Of a stretch of 64,000 nt of DNA, positions 42,135 through 51,136 are shown one piece after another (within the stretch, counting starts at the first letter, position 1; the number at the start of each line of letters is the position of its first letter). A model generated the notes under the pieces. It did not search any database. It saw nothing but the letters and a program-made list of their open reading frames with translations, and was not told the DNA's origin. The position numbers and the translations under genes are program-made. Location of the stretch: the NCBI GenBank assembly GCA_018401435.1, contig JAGYJW010000024.1, positions 33,122 to 97,121 of the forward strand, given 5' to 3'. Source of the stretch: Deltaproteobacteria bacterium (GTDB lineage Bacteria; Myxococcota_A; UBA796; UBA2385).

Positions 42135-42919
42135 GTGGCCTTCACCCTCAGCACCCTCAACCTGAATGGCATCCGCGCCGCCGCCCGCAACGGCTTCCAC
42201 GGCTGGCTGGCCGGGCCGACCCCGACGTGCTCTGCCTGCAAGAGCTGCGCATCCAGGCCGACCAGATGCTGAGCCCCGAACACCAGCCCCCGCCGGCCTA
42301 TGCAGCGGTGCAGGCCGACGCCGAAAAGAGAGGCTACTCGGGCACGGCCGTGTGGTCCAAGCTGCCGGTGCTGGGCCAGGGCATCGGCTGCGCCTTTGAA
42401 GACGCCGACCGCGAGGGCCGGGTGGCCTGGATGGACCTGCTCGATGATGGGCGCCCGGTGCGCATCTACAGCATGTACTTCCCCAGCGGCAGCAGCGGCG
42501 ACGCCCGCCAGGCCGCCAAAGAGCGCTTCCTGGACCACATCGGCGACTGGCTGCAGCCCCACCTCGACCGGGGCGAGGCCGTCGCCGTCTGTGGCGACGT
42601 CAACATCGCCCACACCGAACAAGACATCCACAACCCCAAGGGCAACGCCAAGAATTCCGGATTCCTGCCCCATGAGCGCGACTGGATGACCGGCTTTCTG
42701 GGCCGGGGCTGGGTGGATGTCTTCCGCCAGCAGAATCCCGAGGCCGCCACCTGGTCCTGGTGGTCCAACCGGGGTCAGGCCCGCGCCTTGGACCGGGGCT
42801 GGCGCATCGACTACATCCTCGCGTCGCCGGCCTTGGCGGCCCGCGCGAAGGGCTGCTCGATCACGGGGCGCGAGCCGGCGGTCTCAGACCACTGCGCGGT
42901 CAACGCCCGCTTTGCATGA
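42135..42919 (+). CDS. xthA: exodeoxyribonuclease III, apparent 1-nt frameshift near 42205-42225
   Basis: From GTG 42135 the text reads (M)AFTLSTLNLNGIRAAARNGFHGWLA. After a G/C run the frame of ORF 42128 carries PDVLCLQE, YSGTAVWS, GDVNIAHTEQD, WSNRGQARALDRGWRIDYIL and SDHCAV. Confidence 0.8.
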
Positions 42920-43801
42920 GGGGGCAGGCCGGGCGATCTCGGCCCGGCCCGTGCCGTCGAGATCGAGCGCGAGCCGGATGTCGGTTTCCTTGGTCGTGCG
43001 GGTGACGGTGGCGGTGCCGCCGTCCAGCCAGCTGTGGGTGATGCTGTCGGTGCCGTAGATGTGCACCTGCTCGCCATCGGCCAGGCCCAGGTCGTCATTC
43101 AAGGTGAAGGCCCAACCCGGCGCGGCCACCTCGGAGTCGAAGCTGCCCAGGTACCACATGGCCAGGGGCGTGCGCCCGTCCAGGCCGTCGAGGGGCAGGG
43201 GGTTGCTGCTGGGGTCCACCCGCACCGAGGCGATATAGTCCTGGCTGGGGTCCGGCGTGTAGGAGCCGGCGGTGGTGTCGTTGCTGGACGCGCCAGTCAG
43301 GCTGAGGCCGCCATCCAGCGTGTAGCTGCCGGCGCTGCTGCCCAGCTCCTGCCAGGTCTCGAAGGCCACGATGACCACCGGGTCGCTGATCTCGCGGGCC
43401 TCGTCGGCGCTGAGCTGGATGAGGGCGTGGGGGGTGGCGGTGTTGAGGTCGCCGAGCTTGACGGCCTGCAGCGTGTGGCTGGCGGGCTCGGCCTCGCCAA
43501 AGCTGAAGTTGCCGCTGGCGTCGGTGTTGGCGACCTTGCAGGAGTCGTAGCAGAGCCGCATCTGCAGGCCCTCGGCCGGGCTTCCATTGGCCCAGCGCAC
43601 CTGACCCGCCACCGAACCCGCACCTTCGATGTCGGTGTCCGTATCGGTGTCGGTGTCCGTATCGGCGTCGGTGTCGCTGTCGGTGTCCGTATCGCTGTCG
43701 GTGTCCGTGTCGGCGTCGCCAGCTGATGCGCTGTCGCTGTCCTTGTCGGTGCAGGCGTGCAGGGCGAGGGCAGAGACGAAGAGCAGGGCGATGGCGCGCA
43801 T
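42884..43801 (-). CDS. lipoprotein with an (Asp-Thr)n linker and a carboxypeptidase-regulatory-like beta-sandwich
   Basis: Lipobox ALALHAC. DADTDTDSDTDTDSDTDADTDTDTDTDTD linker, then VAGQVRWANGSPAEGLQMRL...TDASGNFSF. The last ~12 codons overlap the 3' end of xthA. Confidence 0.65.
   Translation of the reverse strand: MRAIALLFVSALALHACTDKDSDSASAGDADTDTDSDTDTDSDTDADTDTDTDTDTDIEGAGSVAGQVRWANGSPAEGLQMRLCYDSCKVANTDASGNFSFGEAEPASHTLQAVKLGDLNTATPHALIQLSADEAREISDPVVIVAFETWQELGSSAGSYTLDGGLSLTGASSNDTTAGSYTPDPSQDYIASVRVDPSSNPLPLDGLDGRTPLAMWYLGSFDSEVAAPGWAFTLNDDLGLADGEQVHIYGTDSITHSWLDGGTATVTRTTKETDIRLALDLDGTGRAEIARPAPSCKAGVDRAVV
43631..43717. repeat. imperfect 6/12-nt coding microsatellite (GTCGGT/GTCCGTATC units) encoding the Asp-Thr/Asp-Ser linker
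   Basis: Direct reading of 43631-43717. Lies inside CDS 42884-43801. Confidence 0.85.
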
Positions 43802-43878
43802 GGGGACTCCTGAGGGGGCCGGCTAGGGTAGCACCCCCTCGGGATGCCCGCGCGGCTGCGACGTGACAGGGTGAGAGG

Positions 43879-44382
43879 TCAGCTGGCGTGCTTCTGCAGC
43901 AAGTCGGCGAAGCGGGGCATCGCGGCGCCGATGTGGTCCACGGCCATGCCGCGCAGGCCCTTGTAGGCCTTCACCAGGGTCTTGTGGTCGCTCCGGGCGG
44001 CCCGGGCGTCGGTGATCTGCAGCAAGGCGTTGGCCACCTCCACCTTCTTGGCCACGAAGTAGCTGCGGGGGGCCTGGCCGGTCTTCTGGCAGTCCAGCCA
44101 GAAGGGGTCCACCTGCTTGGAGAAGTCGTCGAGCAGGTGGTCCATGCTGCGCGTGATCATGTCGGGGCGCAGGGACTTGACGGTCTTGTAGGCGCCCTTG
44201 ATGCCCAGGCCGGACAGGCCGCCCTTGTCGGCGACCTCGGCGTCAATCAGGTGGGCGCAGTCGTCCACCACCGCCTTGCGGCGGCCGGGGTCGGCGATGG
44301 TCTCGGTCAAGGAACCCACAGGGGCCTCCGCGTCGGGATGATCAAAGGTGAGGGGAGAGGGCTCTACTCGATTCCGGGGCAC
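43879..44382 (-). CDS. conserved hypothetical protein
   Basis: High GC3 and a globular-looking sequence (…DPFWLDCQKTGQAPRSYFVAKKVEVANALL…). The 5' end overlaps the upstream gene by 19 nt, so the start may be GTG 44319. Confidence 0.5.
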   Translation of the reverse strand: MPRNRVEPSPLTFDHPDAEAPVGSLTETIADPGRRKAVVDDCAHLIDAEVADKGGLSGLGIKGAYKTVKSLRPDMITRSMDHLLDDFSKQVDPFWLDCQKTGQAPRSYFVAKKVEVANALLQITDARAARSDHKTLVKAYKGLRGMAVDHIGAAMPRFADLLQKHAS

Positions 44383-45500
44383 TTGGGGATGAAGGCGTTG
44401 CCGCCGACCTCCCGGAACCAGAAGGCGGTATACATCTTGGCGGGGCAGGAGTAGCCGCCGCTCTGGGCCACGGCCTTCTGGAAGCAGGCATAGCTGCGCT
44501 CCCAGTCGCGATCGTTCTGCACCTTGGCGATGTCGGTGCCGGGGATCTTTTCGGGCAGGGCCTCCTTGACGTAGCTGCGCATGAAGAAGGGGATGGCGTC
44601 GCAGAGCACGTCGGCGGCCTCCTGGCGCGGGCTGCTCTTGAGCACGGCGAGCAGCTGCTCGCGCACATTGCCGTCCTCTTCGAACTTCAGGGCGCGCTCA
44701 CGCAGGCAGGCCACGGCCTCTGGGCGCTTGGTGCCGCGGAAGGCGCCAATCGCCCGGCTGCGCACATCGGGGGAGGGGTCCTCCATCATGGCCTTGCAGA
44801 CCAGGGCGTCGGCCTCGGGCACGCCGGCCTTCTTCATGCCGATGAGGGCGGCGGCCCGCACGGTGCCGTCCTCGTCCTTGCCATAGGCCTCGGACAAGGC
44901 CGCGGTGATCTTGGGGTCCTTCATGGCGCCCAGGCCGTCGGCGGCGGCGGTGCGCACCACCGGGTCGGGGTCGGACTGCAGCAGGCCGATGAGCATGTCG
45001 CTGAAGTCGGGAGAACCGGCGACCGCGCCGATGGCCCGCACCCGCACCTCGGATGCGCCACCGGGGGCCGCGGCGATCTCGCCCAGGGTCTTGCGTGCGA
45101 TGGGGGCCGGGATCTGCGCCAGGGCCACCACGGCGGCCTCGCGCTCGGCCAGATCCGCCTTGGCAACGATCGGGGCAAAGCAGCCGGCCAGGTCGTCGCG
45201 GTCGCTGCCCTTGATGCCGTCGGCGATGGCGGCGTCCCAGCCATTCTTGCCCTGGCCGATGAACTGGCAGACGCAGTCCTTGGCGATGGGGTCGGTGATC
45301 TCCTTCATCTTGGAGGCGGCATAGCGGCGGGTGTCGTCGTCCTTCATCTCCAGGCCCTTGCACACCGTCTTGAAGTTGCTGCGGGCCATCGCGTCGTCGA
45401 TATCGCCATTCTCGACGTAGTTGGGCGCGATCTCGCAGGCCGGAAGCGCCGCGGCGAAGAGAGGGAGGAGGCCGAGGAGGCCGGCCGAGAGGGCGCGCAT
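44364..45500 (-). CDS. HEAT-repeat lipoprotein
   Basis: ATG 45500. Signal peptide/lipobox AAALPAC. Repeated D(P)xVRxxA units (SEVRVRAIGAV, DPDPVVRTAAADGLG, DGTVRAAALIGM, SPDVRSRAIGAF). Confidence 0.65.
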   Translation of the reverse strand: MRALSAGLLGLLPLFAAALPACEIAPNYVENGDIDDAMARSNFKTVCKGLEMKDDDTRRYAASKMKEITDPIAKDCVCQFIGQGKNGWDAAIADGIKGSDRDDLAGCFAPIVAKADLAEREAAVVALAQIPAPIARKTLGEIAAAPGGASEVRVRAIGAVAGSPDFSDMLIGLLQSDPDPVVRTAAADGLGAMKDPKITAALSEAYGKDEDGTVRAAALIGMKKAGVPEADALVCKAMMEDPSPDVRSRAIGAFRGTKRPEAVACLRERALKFEEDGNVREQLLAVLKSSPRQEAADVLCDAIPFFMRSYVKEALPEKIPGTDIAKVQNDRDWERSYACFQKAVAQSGGYSCPAKMYTAFWFREVGGNAFIPKCPGIE

Positions 45501-45626
45501 GGTGCTTCCGGGGTGACAGAGACGGGACGGGCGAGCGACCGCAGGGTATCGGGAGCCCTCCTTCGCGCCAAGGGCTCGCATCCGATCGCGAGACCCGCTA
45601 TCGTGGCTCTCCCTGTGAGGTTTCCG

Positions 45627-45860
45627 ATGACGCTCCGACACCTGGTGCCTGCCCTGCTGCTCCCCCTGTCCCTGGCCTCGGGCGCTGCCTTCGCCGACAC
45701 CGGCGACACGGGCGGGGATCCGGAAGGCCCCTACTCCGAGACCACCGAGCTGCAGACCTGGAATGCCGAGGAGGCCGGCTGCTCGGTGACCGGCGCCCCG
45801 GCCTTTGCCGTCGGCATCTTTGTGGCCGGCCTCGCCCTGGTGGGTCGCCGCCGCGACTGA
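45627..45860 (+). CDS. small secreted protein with a MYXO-CTERM-like sorting tail
   Basis: GAGG 8 nt upstream of ATG 45627. Signal peptide MTLRHLVPALLLPLSLASGAAFA. C-terminus GCSVTG-APAFAVGIFVAGLALVG-RRRD (Gly-Cys, then a TM helix, then a basic cluster). Confidence 0.6.
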   Translation: MTLRHLVPALLLPLSLASGAAFADTGDTGGDPEGPYSETTELQTWNAEEAGCSVTGAPAFAVGIFVAGLALVGRRRD

Positions 45861-45873
45861 TCGCGGCCGGCCT

Positions 45874-47103
45874 TCAGAGGTTGCGGGCCAGCACCGACAC
45901 CAGCTCTGGCAATAGCTCCGCCTTGATGCTGGCGTAGCTCAGCCGGATCGCGCCCGCGTCGGCAAAAGCGATGACGCCGACGCCCTGGTCCAGCAGGCGC
46001 AGGCGCAGCGCCTCGGCGTCGCCCTTCACCGGCACAAAGACGAAGAATGCGCCGTTATAGGGCCAGGGGGTGATGCCCGCTTGGTCCAGGCTGGCGCGCA
46101 AGGCCTGGTAGCGGCCGCGCAGCACCGTGTGCAGCACCTCGCGCTCCTCGTCGAGGGCGGGGTTGGCCAGCGCCTCCAGGACCAGGGCCTGCGAGAAGGC
46201 CGGGCCGGAGGAGGTGGTGGCTCGCAGCAGCCCCATGGCCTTGTCTTCGAGCACCTCGGCGGCGCTGCCCCCACAGCCAAAGGTCACAAAGCCCACCCGG
46301 CCGCCAAAGAAGAAGAGCTCCTTGGTGGCGCCATCGACCTTGACGGGCAAGACCCGCGCCGGGTCCAGGCGGCAGAGGCGGGCGAAGAGGCTGCCCTGCA
46401 CCCGGCCGGGCTCCCACACCATGCCCTGGTAGGCGTCGTCGGTGACCACCACCAGGGGCACCGGCGCCTCTGCGACGGCGGCCACGATGGCGTCGGCCTC
46501 GACCGGATCGGGCACATAGCCGATGGGGTTGCTGGGGTAGTTGAGGACCAGCACGGTGGGGCGGGTCAAGGCCGCCAGGGCCCGGCGCAGGGGGGCCACA
46601 TCGAAGCCTGAGGGCCCCAGGCAGCCATAGCCCAGCAGGCGGGCCCCCCGGCGGGTGCCAAAGATGTGCTTGTAGTTGCCCCAGCCGGGCTCGGGGAGGA
46701 GCACGTCGGTATCGGGCCCGGCGAAAAGATCCGCCACGGTGGCCAGCCCGTGGGTGATGCCGGTGGTGACCAGGGGCAGGCTGATCGCCGGACCTGCGGC
46801 CGCCGAGAGCCGGGCCTTCCAGGCCGCGCGCAGATCCGGGATTCCGCCCTGGGCCGCATAGAGCAGGGCGCGCTCGGGGGGCAGATCGCCCAGGTGGCGC
46901 ACCATGCCGGGCAGGCCCATCGCCCCGCCCGCGCCGTCGGTCAGCTGCCCCAAGGTGGCGTTGATGCGGCTGCCCCTGGCTTGCTCGGCCTGGGCCGTGA
47001 TGCCCTTGGGGTAGAAGATGGCGCGTCCCAAGGCCGACAAGCAGGCCGATGCGGCGGGGTGGCTGGCGGCCAGTCGGTCATTGAGCGCGGATGCGGGGGT
47101 CAT
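45874..47103 (-). CDS. class I/II pyridoxal-phosphate aminotransferase
   Basis: ATG 47103. LVLNYPSNPIGY, VVTDDAYQG and DGATKELFFFGGRVGF (PLP-Lys region). The rest of ORF 45874-47895 is a shadow of the AAA+ gene. Confidence 0.75.
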   Translation of the reverse strand: MTPASALNDRLAASHPAASACLSALGRAIFYPKGITAQAEQARGSRINATLGQLTDGAGGAMGLPGMVRHLGDLPPERALLYAAQGGIPDLRAAWKARLSAAAGPAISLPLVTTGITHGLATVADLFAGPDTDVLLPEPGWGNYKHIFGTRRGARLLGYGCLGPSGFDVAPLRRALAALTRPTVLVLNYPSNPIGYVPDPVEADAIVAAVAEAPVPLVVVTDDAYQGMVWEPGRVQGSLFARLCRLDPARVLPVKVDGATKELFFFGGRVGFVTFGCGGSAAEVLEDKAMGLLRATTSSGPAFSQALVLEALANPALDEEREVLHTVLRGRYQALRASLDQAGITPWPYNGAFFVFVPVKGDAEALRLRLLDQGVGVIAFADAGAIRLSYASIKAELLPELVSVLARNL

Positions 47104-47193
47104 GGGCACAAGGGGAGCGGGGTTTTCCAACGGAGGTCGGGGCAGGTGGGTCGCGACGGTGGTCGGCGCGGGGCGCCGGGTTAGGCGCGAGCC

Positions 47194-48021
47194 ATGCGGA
47201 GCTTGAACCCGCCGGTGCTCACCCCACCGGTCGAAGACTTCCTCGTAACCGAAGATCCCTTCTACCTCCCCGTGGGTGGAGAGGAAGCCCTCTTTGGCAA
47301 CGCCTGGAAGGCCAACATCCCGGTCTTGTTGAAAGGCCCGACGGGCTGTGGCAAGACGCGCTTCGTCTCCTATATGGCCCACAAGCTGGGCTTGCCCCTG
47401 GTGACCGTGGCCTGCCACGAAGACCTCACCGCCAGTGACCTGGTGGGGCGCTTCTTGTTGCAGGGCGACGAGACCCTGTGGGTGGATGGTCCGCTCACGG
47501 CGGCGGTCCGCCACGGGGCCATCCTCTACCTGGACGAGATCGTCGAGGCCCGCAAGGACACGATGGTGGTCATCCACCCCCTGACCGACCACCGGCGGGT
47601 GCTCACCATCGACAAGCTGGCCCGGGTGCTCAAGGCGCCGGATCGTTTCATGTTGGTGGTCAGCTACAATCCCGGCTACCAGTCCGTTCTCAAAGAGATG
47701 AAGCAGAGCACCCGCCAGCGCTTCGTCTCCCTTGATTTTGGTTACCCGCCCGAAGCCATCGAGGCGGATGTCGTCCGCCAGGAATCCGGTGTGGATGAGG
47801 CCACCGCGCGGCTTCTGGTCAAGGTGGGCCTGAAGATCCGCAACCTCACGTCCCGCGGCCTGGAAGAGGGCGTGAGCACCCGCCTGCTGGTGCATGCCGG
47901 TCGGCTGATCAGCCTGGGCACGCCGCCCCGGGACGCCGCGCAGGCCGCCTTCGTGCGCACCCTGACCGACGATCCCGATCTGCAGGCCTCCATTCGCGAG
48001 GTCGTGGCGGACTTCTTTTGA
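47194..48021 (+). CDS. CbbQ/NirQ/NorQ-family (MoxR-class) AAA+ ATPase
   Basis: Walker [12 protein letters not shown] and Walker [32 protein letters not shown] is typical of the CbbQ/NorQ group. 275 aa. Confidence 0.85.
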   Translation: MRSLNPPVLTPPVEDFLVTEDPFYLPVGGEEALFGNAWKANIPVLLKGPTGCGKTRFVSYMAHKLGLPLVTVACHEDLTASDLVGRFLLQGDETLWVDGPLTAAVRHGAILYLDEIVEARKDTMVVIHPLTDHRRVLTIDKLARVLKAPDRFMLVVSYNPGYQSVLKEMKQSTRQRFVSLDFGYPPEAIEADVVRQESGVDEATARLLVKVGLKIRNLTSRGLEEGVSTRLLVHAGRLISLGTPPRDAAQAAFVRTLTDDPDLQASIREVVADFF

Positions 48022-48052
48022 GCAGGTGGCGGCCCGGTGCGGCCGCAGCCCC

Positions 48053-48460
48053 TCAGAGCGCGTAGCCCCGGGGCTCCCGGTCCAGCCAGGCGTCGATGGC
48101 CCCCTGGCAGTCGCCGCTGCGCACGGCGCGAATCCAGGGCTCCTCCTTGGCGCAGGCGCGCACCCGGTCGGCGTTGTCCGGCCCGCTCAAGGCGTTGGCC
48201 TGGGCGTGGCTGGCGCTCAGACAGGAGGCCGCGTAGTCCTGCCCGTCGGTGCAGGCGCGGGCGGCCGCGGGATCGATGGAGCCATCGGGAAAGGCGGTGA
48301 GCTGGTCGTCATAGCAGACCAGCACCACGCCTGCGGCGTCCAGCTCTGCCGCGCAGCGCTCGTAGAAGTCCTGCAGCGGGTCGCAGCGCTGCTCGCAAGC
48401 GTCGTTGCAGGCCAGGCCAGGCAGGGGCAGCAGCATCAGCAGCAGCAGGCGAGGGGACAT
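48053..48460 (-). CDS. small Cys-rich lipoprotein
   Basis: MSPRLLLLMLLPLPGLAC lipobox, 10 Cys in the mature part, very high GC3. Sits antisense between the AAA+ and VWA genes. Confidence 0.6.
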   Translation of the reverse strand: MSPRLLLLMLLPLPGLACNDACEQRCDPLQDFYERCAAELDAAGVVLVCYDDQLTAFPDGSIDPAAARACTDGQDYAASCLSASHAQANALSGPDNADRVRACAKEEPWIRAVRSGDCQGAIDAWLDREPRGYAL

Positions 48461-48496
48461 GCCCGCAGGAATAGCCCAGGGTGATAGGCCAGCGCC

Positions 48497-51055
48497 ATGG
48501 CCGGTCCCCTCTCACGGCTCGCCCAGCAGCTCTCGCCCCGGGTCGCGGCCCTCGGCGCGCGCCTGGGCCGTCGCCTGGGCGACCAGATCGCGCCGGCCGC
48601 CCGCCTGGCCCGCATCGACCTCAACCTCGCCCGCAGCTGGTCCCGCCATGTGGACGCCTTGGGGCGCGAGGCGGGTCCAGCGGTGGCCAACAGCTACACC
48701 CGGCTGGTGCTGGAGGTGGCCGAGGTGGACCTGGGCGTGGCCAAGGCGGTGGCCCACAGCCTGCCCGACCGCCTCGCCGCGCTGCCGGCGCCGGCGCGGG
48801 CCCGCTACCTGCGGGTGGTGCTGGCCGTGGCCAAAGACCGGGTGTCGGCCCTGCCGCTGGTCATCCGCACCCTGCCCGACCTGCTGGAGCGCCTCGATGA
48901 CGCCAGCCTCGCCCGCTACCTCGCCCGGGGCCTGGCCCTGCACGCCGAGTCCCCGCGCAAGGCCGAGAGCTACCTGCGGGTGGAGAGCGGCGAGGCCCGG
49001 CGCGAGGCCGACCGCCTGCAGCGGGGCCTGGCCTTGGACAGCGTGCGCCGCACCCTGGCCCTCTATGCGCGGGCCCATTGCGGGCGCGACGTGCAGGTGG
49101 TGGCGGGCGATGGCGCCTTCACCGATGGCCGTCGCATCCACCTGCCGGCGGCCCTGGACCGCTTTGGCGACGACCGGGACTTCCTGCTCTACCGGGTGCT
49201 CACGGCCCAGGCCGCCGGCTTCCTGGAATTCGGAACCCTCGACCTTGACCTCGCCGAGATTGAAGGCCAGTGGCCCGATCGCGAGGAGGGCGAGGTGGAG
49301 GTCGAGCGCCTGTTGCGCGCCTTCCAGAACCCCTCCCTGGCCCGCGACCTCTTCACCGTCTTCGAGACCTGGCGGGTAGAGGCGCGGGTGCAGGCCGAGT
49401 ATCCCGGCGTGGCGCGGGATATGGCCCGGTTGGACGAGGCCTGGCGCCCCCCCTTGCGACCGCTCGCCGACCTCGCCCCCGCCGAGCAGGCGGTGGAGCA
49501 CCTGGTGCGCCTCACCCGGGGCCACCCCTGCCCGAAGGCGCGGGCGATGGGCCCCTCGCCGCGGCCCGCGCCGCCTCGGTCGCGCTGGCGGGCCTGCGCG
49601 CCCCCGGCGCCAGCGTGCGCGACAGCGTCGCCGCCTTGCAGGCCGGCTACCCGGCCCTGGACGCCCTGCTGCGCAAGGTCGATCCCGATACGCTGGAGCG
49701 CCTGGACGGTCGGCCTGAAGCCGGCAGGCGGCGGAGGCGCGGCATCGGATGCCGGCGACCGCGGCGGCGCTCCGGAGCCCGGCCCCAGCCGAGGCAGGCT
49801 CCCGGCGAAGACGACGCGGCACCCGGCACCTACCAGCCCCCCCCGACGACCCCCTTCAGGCGGGCCTGCGCCCCGGGTCGATGGCCGAGGCCGACCGCGC
49901 CGTGGGCAGCGGGCCCTCGACCTGCTCGACGCCATGCGCGAGGCCAGGCCGCCGACCGCCCCAGCCTCGCCGAGCTGCGGCGCCAGCTCATCGACGAGGG
50001 GCGCAGCTACGAGGAGATGGCCGACTTCCTGGACCGCAACGAGGGCGCCCGCGGGCGGCCGGGTGGAAGACAGCCGCAGCCCGCCCCGCGCCGGCCTGCC
50101 CCCCGCCTTGGCCGCCGCCGCGGCCACCCTGGAAAAGGACGCCACCGTGGCCGGCCGGCAGCAGCTCTACCCGGAGTGGGACTGCGGCATCGACGACCAC
50201 AAGCCCGACTGGGTGCGGGTCACCGAGTATGTGCTGCAGCCTGGGAGCAGCGACTTCGTCGAGCAGGTCCGCCGAGAGCACGGCCCCCTGGTCAGCCAGC
50301 TTCGGCGGGCCTTCGAGGCCCTGCGCCCCGACGCGGTGCGCAAGGTGCGGGGCCTCCCCGATGGCGACGAGATCGACCTGGATCGCGCCATACAGGCCCG
50401 CATCGAATACAAGGCGGGCGGCAGCCCCGATGGCCGCATCTACATGCGCCACGAGCGCGCCGAACGCGACGTCACCGTGGCCTTTCTCGTGGATATGTCC
50501 TCCTCCACCAACGAGGTGGTGGGCGCGGGCCTGCGGCGGGTCATCGACATCGAAAAAGAAGCGCTGGTGCTCATTTCCGAGGCGGTTGACGCCATCGGCG
50601 ACCAGAGCGCCATCTGGGGCTTCTCGGGCTATGGCCGCGACCAGGTCGCCTTCTACATCGCCAAGGACTTCAAGGACCCCTGGGACCACCGGGTGGCCGA
50701 GCGCATCGGGCGCATGAGCTGGAAGATGGAGAATCGCGACGGGGCGGCCATTCGCCACGCCAGCGCCCTGCTTGCGGCCCAGCCGGGTCGGGTCAAGCTG
50801 CTGCTGCTGCTCTCCGACGGCAAGCCCCTGGACTGTGGCTGCGACCACTACGCCGACCGCTACGCCCAGGACGACACCCGCAACGCGCTCCAGGAGGCCC
50901 GCAAGCTGGGCATCCACCCCTTCTGCATCACCATCGATCCCGGCGGCCCCGACTACCTCGCCGACCTCTACGGCGAGCATGGCTACACCGTCATCGACCG
51001 GGTCGAGGCCCTCCCCCAGCGCCTGCCGCTGATATATCGGCGGTTGACCCGCTAA
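48497..51055 (+). CDS. CbbO/NorD-type von Willebrand factor A protein; the central ~0.5 kb (about 49520-50060) appears to switch frames at least 5 times
   Basis: C-terminal VWA with MIDAS VAFLVDMSSST, then SGYGRD, LLLLSDGKPLD and TIDPGG...YTVIDRVEALPQRL. The N-terminal part is NorD-like. In the middle, protein-like text moves to the frame of ORF 49270 (LPEGAGDGPLAAARAASVALAGL..., SLAELRRQLIDEGRSYEEMADFLDRNEG) and back. Confidence 0.75.
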   Translation: MAGPLSRLAQQLSPRVAALGARLGRRLGDQIAPAARLARIDLNLARSWSRHVDALGREAGPAVANSYTRLVLEVAEVDLGVAKAVAHSLPDRLAALPAPARARYLRVVLAVAKDRVSALPLVIRTLPDLLERLDDASLARYLARGLALHAESPRKAESYLRVESGEARREADRLQRGLALDSVRRTLALYARAHCGRDVQVVAGDGAFTDGRRIHLPAALDRFGDDRDFLLYRVLTAQAAGFLEFGTLDLDLAEIEGQWPDREEGEVEVERLLRAFQNPSLARDLFTVFETWRVEARVQAEYPGVARDMARLDEAWRPPLRPLADLAPAEQAVEHLVRLTRGHPCPKARAMGPSPRPAPPRSRWRACAPPAPACATASPPCRPATRPWTPCCARSIPIRWSAWTVGLKPAGGGGAASDAGDRGGAPEPGPSRGRLPAKTTRHPAPTSPPRRPPSGGPAPRVDGRGRPRRGQRALDLLDAMREARPPTAPASPSCGASSSTRGAATRRWPTSWTATRAPAGGRVEDSRSPPRAGLPPALAAAAATLEKDATVAGRQQLYPEWDCGIDDHKPDWVRVTEYVLQPGSSDFVEQVRREHGPLVSQLRRAFEALRPDAVRKVRGLPDGDEIDLDRAIQARIEYKAGGSPDGRIYMRHERAERDVTVAFLVDMSSSTNEVVGAGLRRVIDIEKEALVLISEAVDAIGDQSAIWGFSGYGRDQVAFYIAKDFKDPWDHRVAERIGRMSWKMENRDGAAIRHASALLAAQPGRVKLLLLLSDGKPLDCGCDHYADRYAQDDTRNALQEARKLGIHPFCITIDPGGPDYLADLYGEHGYTVIDRVEALPQRLPLIYRRLTR

Positions 51056-51136
51056 GGGGCCGCATGGCCTTGGATGGCGCCCGCGTTGATCTCTCCGCAC
51101 GAGGCGTTAATGGCCTCTGTCTCGATGAGGTCGACC

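Noticed and set aside
43631-43717. CRISPR-like periodic repeats (also considered for the 12-mer array at 60871-60918)
   Set aside because: Units are 6-12 nt with no spacers. One array is in frame within a coding sequence. No cas genes are present.
48026-48050. Short GC hairpin GCGGCC-N6-GGCCGC after the AAA+ gene, as a terminator
   Set aside because: It has a 6-bp stem and no U-tract. Such palindromes occur by chance at this GC content, so it is not reported as a feature.
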